Below are positions 15,382-27,484 of a stretch of 64,000 bases of DNA, piece by piece (positions within the stretch are counted from its first letter, which is position 1; the number at the start of each line of letters is the position of its first letter). The stretch is from Gnetum montanum (Eukaryota > Plantae > Gnetophyta): NCBI GenBank assembly GCA_015680685.1, contig MNCI01001248.1, positions 369,822-433,821 on the forward strand. The letters are read 5' to 3'. The position numbers were made by a program, and so were the translations under genes. The notes under the pieces were generated by a model. It did not search any database, was not told the origin of the DNA, and was given only the letters and a program-made list of their open reading frames with translations.

Positions 15382-15411
<30 letters not shown>
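15382..15411. repeat. (TAA)10 microsatellite
   Basis: Direct reading of the sequence. Confidence 0.95.
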
Positions 15412-15412
<1 letters not shown>

Positions 15413-15504
15413 CCAGGACATGAATCAGACAAAAACTGAGTGTCATTGGAAGGCTTAATTGTTCCCTTTTCTGCAAATTCTTTCGCAGCAACTAACAAAT
15501 TAAT

Positions 15505-16320
15505 GATTAGCCCGTTCATCATCCCACTTCAATTTGGATACTTATTTTCTTACATGACCTTTTTCTGCAACAATTTCCTCTCGGTGCCTGTTTTACAGAG
15601 TAAATTTGCTCCCCTTTGGTCACCTCAACCAATTGAATCGGTTGGATGATGCCAATCTCCATCTGCATTTTGGAAATCTATCCTCACTTTTGGTGTAATT
15701 ACTTCTCAAAAATACGATGCTTTTGTTCATCTGTAAAGATATCTTTCATGTTAAACACAACAGGTTTTTGGCATGGAAACCTGCTCGTTTGGCCGTGTGT
15801 TGAACAGATAGGCTGCATAGTCTACTCTCTTGTGCCAATTCAAGGTCGGTGAAGGCATCTCAAGTTCTCTGGGAGGGAGAATACCTCTGAAGATCTGGAC
15901 AGCAACTCCTGCCGGGTCCAAATCAATACCCTTCAGGAGATGCGGCAGTGCCTGCATTCTAGTTTTACTGGGGAAGATTGGCCTAACAACATCTGGATGG
16001 TGAAGGGATACCAGTGGTATCAGAGCAAGCAATCCAAAGAGGTTTCCGTCAACGTCAAATTGTATGGACTCCAGTGCCCAGGCTATGCATGCTTGCACCG
16101 CATCATCGCTTTCATACAAATCAGGATACCTCTGCATACAACTGTCTTGTATGGACTCCAGTGCCCAGGCTAAGGAATAGCTGATAGCAAATCAACCTCC
16201 TCCATAGGCCATGCTGTAAGAAAAATGTATGTTCTGCAAAGGACTTTCTGATATACTTCCAATGTAGTACATCTGTCTGCGATCACACTTAGGAAGCACT
16301 CTTAACAGATTCTCTGTGAC
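15505..16320 (-). pseudogene. DUF604 (fringe-related glycosyltransferase-like) host gene fragment, C-terminal two-thirds, disabled
   Basis: Translation TENLLRVL..QMYYIGSISESPLQNIHFSYSMAYGGG*FAISYSLA..IQDSCMQRYPDLYESDDAVQACIA..FDVDGNLFGLLA..PLVSLHH.DVVRPIFP..AVQIFRG..PRELEMP..LNW..FNTRP..PCQKP..APRGNCCR matches the conserved plant DUF604 motifs as I recall them. It has a stop, internal deletions and frameshifts. Confidence 0.85.
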
Positions 16321-18638
16321 TCTAGATGAGGCCATGAGCGCCCTCGATGCAGAGTCCGTGGTTTGGCATCGAAATGAACGCCGTAGACACCACCCTTGGC
16401 TGCAACTGCGAACCCGACGCCAAAGAATAATAATAATAAATAAATAAATAACATTATTAACTTTTAAACATATACCAAAGTTAATTTACGATATTTTATT
16501 CTGTTTTTAGTCAGTTTTATTCTATTTTTACTTTGATACAACTTCATTTTACTTTTTTTTTTACCTTGCTTTTACCTCCTAATGACCTTACCCAATAAAA
16601 CTGGCAACACCATAGCCCACTAAGGCCTAAAACTTGCAAAATGTGACCTTGATTGACCATATTGGTCTATAGGTTACCTACCTTGCCTTGTTTAGCCTTG
16701 TTTAACCTTGTTCCCACCATGTTTTGGAACTTACTTGACCTTATTTCATATTATTGTCTATCATTGTCATGTCATTTGACCCGCATTTTCATCATTTTTG
16801 CATTATTTGACCTTGTTTACTCACAATTTTTCATTATTTGGCATCATTGGAACCTTGGTTGACTTCATTTGACATCATTTGATGCCATTTGATGTCACTA
16901 AGGCCTTATTTGACCTCGTTTGACACCATTTCATGGAGCATCAACCATCATTTAGCCTTCATTTGGCCCCATTCTACATCATTTGGCCTTTGTTTTACCC
17001 TATTTTCTTTAACCTATCCCTTATAACTTTTGTTAACCACATTTAAACCTTGTTTGACCTTTGATTTAGTGTGTTTTGGCTCATTTATGCATCATTACTA
17101 AAGTATTTGACATTACTTTGACATTATTTAATCATTTTATCACATAGGTGCCACTTGATGTGCTTATGTTGTCATGCAAGATTAAGCTAGAAGGATAAGG
17201 AAGCAAATTCGACTAGCCTTAAAGCCTACATGAACCCCTCCCATGATGTTGTTAGACCACGTTAATCTCACGTGCCCAAACATTAAGCCTCGAAAATGTT
17301 CCACCATACAACCTCAACATCGTGAAGTAATCTAATTACCATCGACCTCAAAGGCAGAAGCATCATAAGAGGTCCCTTAGTCAGAGTTTCCATCTAAGAT
17401 CATGATGGTGAGGAGAAAGCACTTGAAACCAAGTTCTTCACTAGAAATTAAATGCACTTAAGACAACATCAAACCCTTGCTATGCAACATTAAAGCCATC
17501 ACATAGCACTGAATGCATCTAACACTTACATGTTTTCTTGTAGTGTTGTTTACCATTGTTGAAATCTTGTAATGAATGACTAATGTTGATAACTTTGATG
17601 GCCTACAATAGGCAAGCCTACACATGCTTTCTTTTTCTCTTTCTCTCCTTGTTTGGCACAATGAATGAATTGTAGGACTTTGTAAATCTAATGCACATCA
17701 CACGAATCTCTCTCTATGTTATACTAATAGTTACCTATGGTGACTTGGCATGTCAGTTGTTTCATGTGGTTGTATGCATTATCTTGTAATATGTTTTCTT
17801 GTCCTGTTAAAGTTATGCTTGTAGGATGAAGCTTGGGATATCATTGCAAGGGTTTTACTTGTTGCAGCCACCATGGGACCTTGACATGCAAGATTTGGTG
17901 AGTTTGTCCTACTGTATGAAGACTACTTATTTCACATCATTTTCATTACCATTCCTTAAGCCAAATCCTATAGCCTAATTATTATCTTCCATTACCTTAA
18001 ACAACAATGATGATTGATGTTTGATAGTTGTGCATCATGACCACATGACATCTCCTTCATCATGATCCATCAGCAAGTCTATTGAATGTAACACATCTCA
18101 TTTAATGGAAAAACCAAATAAAATTTGGCCTTGGTATTGAAACCCAATGAAGGTTTCATCCAAGAAAAAAAAGAAAAAGAAAAATGGTGAAGAAAATTGC
18201 CAAGAAGCTGATAGGGTGATGAAGACCAAAAGACAAACCAATGACTCCAAAAAGAAAAAGAAGGAGTCTAACAGCCCAAAAAACCTTAGAGCAAGGAATC
18301 GAGCCCTCAGAAACATTACTAAGTGACCAACACTTCAATGCACAAAACATGAAGGCTACATTGATTAGCCAAAATTTCATTGCCATAACTATGACCATGA
18401 TGTCAATATTTGAAACTCATTGTTAATCTTGTGACCATTTCCTCATGATCTAATATGGCCTTTAACCTCTATCACCTTACCATAACTTGATCTCATCATC
18501 ACAACACTCTTTAGCATGGTTTGACACTATAGAATCAAGTGTAGAGAGGAAACATCGATGATGGATATATGATGGTGTTTTGTATTCTTTGTTGATGTCT
18601 CTCAAGTCCATCCTCCAAACATAATAGAAAAGGACCAA

Positions 18639-20234
18639 TGAAACACCCCCAAGAAATCTCATGTTATAATTTGTAACCTTCACCATCAAACTTGAGGTTG
18701 AGATTTTAATGCAAATTGTGAAGATTATAATCCATGGAATGCAATTTCACATACTTTAACTTTTGGGGCCAAAAAATGCCTCATAAGTTATTATAAACTT
18801 ACTTCCCTAGTGAAAAAGGCCTTGCCATGTCTATATTTGAGCTTGGAAAGGTCAAAATTGCCATTTGAATTACCAAAATCGGCATTTTTATGGGTTTTAT
18901 TACGGTTAAGACCATTACTACGTTGGAAACACTCATACTCAACTTTTGGAGGTCTAGTTTCCATATATCCAATAATGGCTAGCAAAGTTGCCAAGAACCT
19001 TTAGCATTGCTACACCAGGTCAACTTTGGAGTGGTTGGAGTTTCCATTTTTAACAAATTTCAACATTGTTTCAACAACTCTAGCATAGCTCCAATGTAGT
19101 CACAGCATGGATGAGGCTTCCTAGTTGGCCAACATAGCTCCAACGTAGTCCCAGTGTGGATGAGGCTTCCTAGTTGGCCATCATAGCTCTAGCATAGTCC
19201 CAATGTGGATGGGGCTTCCTAGTAGTTCCAACATAGTTCTAGCTTAGTTCCAATGTGGATACCACAATGCTAATGTGGTTCCCCAAGGCTAGTGTACTTG
19301 CCATTGTTCTAGGATGGATGCCACAAGCTCAACATTTGAGTCATTGGGATTTTTGTTTTTCCAATAATTTTATCATTACTCCAATAACTCCAACATAGTT
19401 CAAAAATTTCAGCAAAAATTCCATGATGACAATGTTGTTCTAGCAAGGCCAATGTGGATGGGTGAAGCTAGCATAGTTGGAAATGTTCATTTACTATTTA
19501 AGGTATCTAACATGGTTTTGGTGGCCTTGTGGGTATCAAACCTTATATAAGTAGAAAACTATGCTAAAAGTAATAGCTTGCCATAGTAGCAAATTACATC
19601 AATCTATCAACAATCATGGTAGAAACTTTGTAGCCACAAATTGAACACAAGTAGCCTATTTAAATAAAATTTTAACATTTTAAAAGAACTTTTTAGCAAA
19701 TTGGCAATTGGTTGAGCATTGGAGACTCTTAGTGCATTGTTAAGTAGAAAAAAGTCAAGCATTTTATCCACCATTACAACACACAAATGTAGAAAATTCA
19801 CATCTAAGAATAAGTGAGGAATTTTTTGAAGTTGGAGCTTGGAAGCACTTGGATCATGCAATCAACTACAGAACACAACTTTCCAGTTTCACCAAACTTC
19901 AAGCACCATTCAAGCAACTTCCTATGCATCTAGGCATACATTTGTAAATCTTGAAACTATACTCTTACAAAATTTTTATTATTTTAATAAAAATTAGTAG
20001 TTCATTTGTTTGTGCAAGCTTATTGTAAGTTTAAATTTTGTGCTTTTCCTTAGATTAGATTTGCATTCTCTATTAAACTATATTGCACCATTTACAATTT
20101 CTAAGTTCCTTGGTAATCAGCAAGATCATCCAAGGCACTTTGGATCCTCTTCTTGAAGGCCCTTGGGATTCGAAGTTAAGCGGTTTCACCTAGAATTTTT
20201 GGTTTTCCAACAATCAAACTTTTCAAATAGTACA
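18639..20234 (+). repeat. 3' LTR of element F
   Basis: TGAAACACC...TACA, preceded by a decayed PPT (atagaaaaggaccaa) and not followed by a PBS. Confidence 0.8.
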
Positions 20235-20239
20235 CATAT

Positions 20240-22970
20240 GTAGAGAAATCATTCATACAAACTTCAACTTCATTACCAATTTGCTTCTAGAAGATGCTTA
20301 ATATAAATATCTAAAAGGTAGTGGGGGAATTAAATAAGCCAAAGGGCATTTTCTTGTATGTAAATGTTTTCCATGGACTAGTAAATATGGTCTTTTCTTG
20401 GTCTTCTAGTGCAATGAAAATTTGATTATACCCACTATATCCATCAAGAAAGTTGTAATACTGGTGTCCTATGATGGTATCTAGGACTTGGTCAACAAAG
20501 GGTAGAAGGAATTGGTCCTTGAACATTGTCATGTTCAACAACTAAAAATCAATACAAACTCTCCACTTTTCATCCTTCTTTAGGACAATTACTAATGGGC
20601 TAATCCATTCACTATTTGCTTTAGGATAGATAAACCTAGCCTTCAATAATTTTTCCAAATTTTGCTTGATGGCTTCTTTAAGTTTTATGTTCAGCCTTCT
20701 TTAAGGTTGATAGTATGATTTGATAGCTAAATCTGTATAGTTGGATGTTGATAAATGCATGGATCAATTTCATTGATTTTATCATAGGACCATGCAAATG
20801 TAGTTGACCATTTATTTACCAATTCCAATAATTTCCTCTTCTATCCCTTGTACAGTTTGGCATTTATAATTACTTGTTTTTTATTATTTAGAAAAGCATA
20901 GTCAAGTGTATCTAGTAGGGCATTTAGTTCTAAGGATTCTAGTTCATATCTATCTTGTATCTCCAACTGTACCCATTTAATATCTTCCTTTTGGTATGTT
21001 TTCATGTATGAAGGTTGTCTTTTCAACTATTCTAACTTATCAATGTCTTTAACATAGGGACTTATGATTTTATTTGTTAGTTCCATGCATATATTGGATT
21101 CTATTCCTTCTTTAGTAATCAGTAACTGGGTGCCTTCTTGTTAAGTGATTGCTGCATATAGGCACTTTTGTACACACATCTTGTAAACATTTATTGCATG
21201 TTGTGATGGCATAATTTGTTATTGTCCATATTTTTTGCACATAATTGCACCTATTCTCACTATAAGTGATGCATGGAACATTGTGTCTCTAAGTGATTGC
21301 AACTTCATCATTCTTAGATATTTCTAAGGATAAGTCTCTAATTCCAAGTTTAGCATCTATAGTGCTAACCCATGCTCTTTTTATAATTATGAAAAATTCT
21401 CCTATGTTCTTTTCCACATGGATGACTAAGAATTCAATAGGATAAGGCCAATCAATTATAGTGGTAATCATGTCTTCCACTTGTTCAAGTGAAACAGTGA
21501 TTGATTGACGTTAGAAGCTTCACACAAATGTTACTCTTCTTTAGCAGGGGAAGATTCTAGGCTTTGTACATATCATCTAAGATGAGATTTACTCCTAACG
21601 TAGAATCTAAGATAACCTTGCATAGTTTATCCTACTATTTGAATGTAAACTAAGGGACTTCCAAGATTTATTCTTTTCTTGGGAAGTGCTCCTTCTTTAA
21701 TCTAGTGTGTTATTATTTATGTGAGCATGATAGTTGTCATATTATTATCTATATTTAATATAAGCATGGTGTTCCCTTGAGGAGTGTATGTGGATGGGGT
21801 AGACTTAGGTGAAGTCCCCATTCTTTGAACTTTTTTTGAATTTGTCCTAGAAAATGAACATTTCTCAGCTCTAGGTTCATTTACTACTATATCCTCTTAT
21901 GTGGTTATTACCTTGGTAGTGCTTTTTTGTTGTGGCTATGTTGGAAATTTTCCTTGCATGACTAATGATGGCATTGGTAATAAAGTATTAGGAGTTTGAA
22001 GTGATAAGCCTATTGCTAGTTAAGGTATGTAAGAATTTGGATCTATCCATGAAGTAGTGGATCGATGATATTTTGGTGAAGAGGAAGCATGAATTGAAGT
22101 ATTCCCTAGAGAGAATAGATGTTGAAAATAGTATCCATAGGGATTAGATTGCTTATATGGATACTATAGCCTTGTGTGGTTGCATTACCCACACTTTTGA
22201 TTTTGGCCACTATTTCTTGTATTGTCCCTACTTCTGTGATGTTGATCATGTTGCGAGAGGCTAATAGGGTTCTTCATAGTCTTTGGGTTTATGATTTTTG
22301 TTATAGTGGTGACCCTTTTGATGTTCATGATGCTTTCACTCTTCATATCTAATCCTTTCTCTTCTTCTCTCATAGTTATCTTCTTCTTTATTAGGATGTC
22401 TTATTCAATGCACATATCTCTCATGATCCCTAATTCTTCTTTCTCCCTTGTCCAAATATTTGGAAGAATTTGAGAAGGTGGAAGAAGAAGTTGGAGAATG
22501 GTTTTGGCTATTTCTCCTTCTATGAATTCTTGATTTATCCCTTTTTGATTTAGTGAAGGTTCTAGACCTTGAGTTCCTCCTAAGTATGGAGTGTTTCTTA
22601 TCTTCTTTGGGTGTTTCTATAAGAGTTGAATGCAATTATATCTTGGTAGGATCATTGACATAAATGACTAGTGTTTGAGTTTGAGATCCATAAGTTTGAT
22701 AAAACTTTTTTATTTGGAATATAACATCATCTTTTTCTTCTAGGGAAACCATTTAAGGTATTCTCTTTCCTTTGTCAAGCACATGTCTTATCTCCATGGT
22801 AACATCCCTTCTTATTTGAGCCTCTATTGGTTGGTATAGCCTAGTCATGTGTTTGGTGATGTGGTATCCTTTTTGCACATGGCTAATGTTTGACATGTAA
22901 GGATTTCTTGCAACATTCATGGCAAAAAACATTCTAGAAGTAAGATAATATTACTGTATAGATCTCTCCA
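20240..22970 (-). pseudogene. Athila-like gag-PR-RT (N-terminal part of RT) of element G, decayed
   Basis: RT motifs KDQFLLPFVDQVLD..FLDGYSGYNQIFIALEDQEKTIFT..MPFGLFNSPTTF; PR C-terminus YPIEFLVI..IIKRAW; gag similar to 2130-4420. Confidence 0.8.
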
Positions 22971-23270
22971 TCTTAGTTATTCATCTTGGTGAAAGAAAAT
23001 ATGAAGTTGGGATAGTATGGATTTATGTAAGCATAAGAAATTCTAGTTTACATTGGTGTACTCAAATCTTCTTCATTGTAATTCTTATCATGACTTTTAT
23101 TAAATTCACTACCAGGTGGTAAATTCTCCTTATTTGTAGAATTCATATTAAATTTTTAATGCCTTTAAGTATGCACTTTGGATAAATTGTTTCAAGTATA
23201 AAGGATGTACCTAATGATACTTTAACACAATGAACTTTAAAATATTAACTACCAAGTGAACATTAACACA

Positions 23271-23288
23271 TCCTTGTCAACTGTGCCA
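23271..23288 (-). promoter_or_regulatory. PBS of G, decayed tRNA-Asp type
   Basis: Minus strand tggcacagttgacaagga resembles the Athila PBS TGGCGCCGTTGCCGGGGA, 1 nt from the LTR end. Confidence 0.65.
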
Positions 23289-23289
23289 A

Positions 23290-24173
23290 TGATGAGTGAT
23301 TTGATATTCCAACACTCCACCATTCAATTCATGAATATTCTCATGTGACTTGATCATAATCCATGGATGACCAATGTAGGTTTACTAGTAGCTGAGGTTT
23401 AGTTCATGATTGTTGTCTTCTTACTTTGAGTTAGTGAAGTTCAAGTTGTATGGTTTAATTCTTGGTGAGGCATATAATAGGTTGATGTTGTTAGCTCAAA
23501 CTAAGGTTAATTATAAACATGGCTGAAAGAGAGTAATGTATTCTAAATCTAAGTGTAATACAAGTAAAGAGACTATTCTAACCTATGGGTAATAAGCATC
23601 CATTCTTGGTTTACTATTCATGTCTTGGGCTTATGCAACCATCATTGGGGTTACCAAGTGTTATGCTACTAGGCTAACTAAGCAATAACACTATTGGGAT
23701 TACCCAATGATTATAATATACATTTGAAACCAAGTGTACTTATACTGCCTTACTAAGAAACATTGGAAAAGTAAAGTATTGAGAAACTGTAAATAAATTA
23801 CGTAAAGTGAATATGTTTTAAAGGTAAAATTATGTTAAGTAAGAATGGATTAAGTGAAAATAAACTAATTAGAATGCTACAATGGTGAAAAATAGTCTTA
23901 ATCTTTAGTTTCAGCCATGAATTGAGCCAAAGAATAATTCACTTGAAATTTTTTTTGTAAAATTATTTAATAGCATACTACAGGCATTCACTATATTGCT
24001 AAGTATAAATCATGGAAAAAAATAGCAATTTACCTCAGTGTTGAATCAAAGTTATTCATTTGATACAACTGTGGGTTGATATTTATAGTGGAAACTAGAA
24101 CCTACTACATCATATCCATGATGATGTAAGTAGGGCTACAATATTCTAGATACAGTATCACATCATTCACTTA
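23290..24173 (-). repeat. 5' LTR of Athila-like element G
   Basis: Homologous to 4964-5856 and adjacent to the PBS. Confidence 0.7.
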
Positions 24174-24179
24174 AATGAT

Positions 24180-25288
24180 TTTATTGATAGTAAGAATCAA
24201 TATGAGCATAGGAAATCCTTGTTTGCATTAGTGCATTCCAATCCTCTTCATTATAATTCTTGTCATGACTTTTATTAAATTTAGTAGCAAGTGAATATTT
24301 TTTCTTGGTTGTAGAAGCCATGTTAAGTTTTTGACACTTAATTGTGTACATTTTAGGAAATTATTTTAAGTGTGAAAATTGTACCTTATGATTCTTATTA
24401 CAACAAACTTTGTGAAATTAACTAACTAGCAAACATTAATACATCTGAGGCAACAACACCAATGATGAGTAGTTGGATATTTCAACACTCAACCATACAA
24501 GCCACGAGTGTTCTCATGCAACCTAATTATAATTTGTAGAGGGATAATGTAAGTATATTATTAGTTTATGTTTATTTTATGATAATTATTTTCTCATGTA
24601 GAGTTAGCAAAGTTTAATTCATATGGATTAATTCTTGATAAGATATTATTCAACTTCAATTATACTAAGTCCCAACATGGTGAAAATGAGGATAAAATCT
24701 GAGTCTAGGTGTAATGAAAATAGAAAGCTATTCTAGCCTATTAAAAATAAGTAATAATTTCTAGTTTGTTGCACATGTACTTGGCTAATGTAACCATTAC
24801 TAGGCTTACCAAGTGATTTTAACATTGAACGAATTAAGTGAAGTCACTGCTAGGTTACCAAAAAGTTACACGTTTTGCTTGAAACTAGTCATAGTTATAC
24901 CACGTTACTAAGAGACATTGGAAAAGTAAAGTACTTAGAAAATGTAAATGACTTAATAAAAGTAAACATGGTGAAAAGTAAAATTAAACTAAGGAAGATG
25001 CTATAATGGTTAAAATAAATTTCAATATTTATTTTTAATCATGAATTGCATCCAAGAATAATCCACTCAAACAAAGATTTTACACAATTGTTGTTTACCA
25101 CACTATGGACATTCACTCTAACTCTAACTCTAATTCATGAAAACAAAGTACAATAATTTAGCTAAGTGTTGGTGAAAGTTCATTCTTTTGATACAATGAT
25201 GGATTAGAATTTATAGGCATGACCATGGTCCATTACATTGTATCTAGAATGACATATGCAAAGCTATGATATTGTAGACACGATATCA
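24180..25288 (-). mobile_element. Athila-like 5' UTR, PBS (24444-24461) and LTR (~24463-25288)
   Basis: 24185-24640 is colinear with 4500-4960. Decayed PBS tggtgttgttgcctcaga; LTR related to the G LTRs. Confidence 0.65.
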
Positions 25289-25289
25289 T

Positions 25290-27484
25290 AGGTTGCATAA
25301 TAAAGGTTTTATCATTTACCTTATCATTAACATGATGAAAAAAATTTCCTTTTTGGTAATCCACCACTGTTAGAAAAAGACAAAGATATAAACTAGGCTC
25401 TAACTATTAAACCATTTAAAAATGAGAAAGTTTTTGATGATCATCATTGTTATATGGATCAAAGGGCCAGTTTTTTAGATTTTACTAACTTAAATCCTTG
25501 GATATTAAGAGTGGATGATACCTATTAAAAGAAAGGATGTAAAGATAGAATAATTATTATACCTCTTGGTGAAGCTTCTATTCTTAAAGTCATCAATTTC
25601 ATGAAACCTATGACTAACAACATGGTTAAGTACAAAGCACTTAAACATGAGATCAAGCTAGCTTGATATTACGACTTATTCAAACTTAAGGTTTATAGTG
25701 ACTCTCAATTGATAGTATCAAATTAATGGAATATTTGAAAATAAAGATGTTACTATGAAAGCATATAAAGCATATTTCCTTGAACATATTAAGGAATTTG
25801 ATGACACATTTGTTGAACATATTTCTATAGAAGAAAATTATGTTCCTAATGCATTAACTCAAATGGCCATTGCTTTCAATATCCCATTTCAACACAATGC
25901 TTGGAAGTCTAAAATTATTAAGTATTAATTTATTTTACATAATATCTCTTCTTTTCAAGTTTTTAATGATGATTATGATATTTATGAATTTTTATTTTTG
26001 GAGTATGAATTTAGTGACCAATGTTTTAAAATTTCTCAAGAAGATACAACTAATGATGTTATATGTTTAGATAAATTCTCTCCTAAAATAGAAACTAGAG
26101 AGGCTTTTTTTAATGACTTATATATCAAAACTAAAGAAATATCCAAAAAAACTAATTGGAAAATGTTGGTAAAACAGAAACAAATCAAATCCAAAAGAAA
26201 TGATAATACTACCCTATTAAAGTAGGAACTCAGATGCATGTAAGTGAAAAAAAAATCTGATTTAGTTGTTACATGAATTTAATGATGTTTTAGCTTGGAA
26301 TTATGAGGATATTAAAACTTTTAATCCTCTTGTGATCATACATACTATGCTTATTAAACCTAAAATGAAACCATCTGGCAAAAACTTAGACTTGTTAATC
26401 CCAAGATTGAAACTTTGATGAAGGCAGAAATAGATAAAGTTTTAGAATCTAAAATTATTTATTTGGTGAGACATTCAAGTATCAAACTTAGTAGCAATTA
26501 GAAAATCAACAGGTGAATTATGATCATGTATAGATTTTCATAACCTTAATACCTCTTGTATTAAGGATAATTTCAAACTTCCTATTATGGAGGAGCTTTT
26601 GCAAATTGTTAATAGTGCACAAATGTATTTATTTTTAGAGAAATATTTAGGATATAATTAAATTTAAGTAAGTAAGGAGGACCAATATAAAACTACCTTT
26701 ACAAAAAAAATTAAAAACTTTTCAATTCACCAAGATGCCCTTTGACCTTATAAACATTGGTTCTACCTTCAAAAAGCTATGGATAAAACTTTTAAAGGAT
26801 TGATTAAGAAATGAATTATTATTTATCTAGATGATTTAATTGTTTTTGCTAAAGATTGAAAATACACACCTTAGAGATCTTAGAAATATTTTCATAAGAT
26901 GCAGATGATTTGGTATCACTTTAAATGCTAAGAAAATCTATTTTTGGTGTTTAAAGTGGTAAATATCTTAGTCATATAATGACTAAATAAGGAATTATAA
27001 TTAATCTTGAGTGAGTAAATGCTATTTTAGAGGTACCCTATCCTTCATCTAAGATTGATTTAAGGTCTTTCTTTGGGAAAATTAATTTTTTTAGAAAATT
27101 TATCCCTATTTGTGTAGAATTATTTAGACCATTAAATGAGATGCTTAAGAAAGATAGTAATATGCATTAGACAAAATAAAGAAAAAATGATTTTCTTATC
27201 ATTAAAGAAGCTATTATAGATGCTTCTCGTTTAGCTTATCCTTGGTACAAAACTGAATTTCTTTTATATGCTTTTTATAGTGATATTATTGTCACCTCTA
27301 TCTTAACCCAAGATATCATTAATCAAGGTGAAAGGCCTATAGTTTTCATGTCTGCAAATTTGAAAGATGTAGAATTAAAATATTTACCTATAGAAAAACA
27401 ATTGTATGTTGTGACTAAAGTCATAAAAAAATTTTGGTACTATTTGTTAAATGTGAAAGTTTTTGTCAGTGTTCCTCATTTGGC
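25290..27484 (+). pseudogene. Very decayed Tat-type pol fragment with order aRH-RT-RH
   Basis: aRH motifs at ~25540-25880 (TNNMVKYKAL, VYSDSQLIV, EHISIEENYVPNAL) lie upstream of RT motifs at ~26250-27100 (AWNYEDIK, KDNFKLP, IYLDDLIVF) and RH (ERPIVFMS, PIEKQLY). Confidence 0.7.

Larger units (their letters stand above)
8215..20234 (+). mobile_element. Non-autonomous Tat-lineage LTR element F (gag-PR only, no RT/RH/INT)
   Basis: 5' LTR is left-truncated (8215-9594) and followed by a decayed tRNA-Asn PBS (9600-9618). Gag and PR are homologous to element A, then PPT ~18624-18636 and 3' LTR 18639-20234 starting TGAAACACC. Confidence 0.8.
4964..24173 (-). mobile_element. Athila-like element G (two LTRs), internally deleted and interrupted by Tat element F
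   Basis: LTRs ~4964-5856 and ~23290-24173 are clearly homologous. PPT at ~5857-5866, PBS at 23271-23288, gag ~21700-22970, PR ~21290-21700, RT ~20240-20900, env-like ORF ~6090-8215. No RH/INT visible. Confidence 0.65.

Noticed and set aside
15505-16320. Functional DUF604 gene
   Set aside because: Lacks the N-terminus and the DDDT motif, and has an in-frame TGA, deletions and frameshifts.
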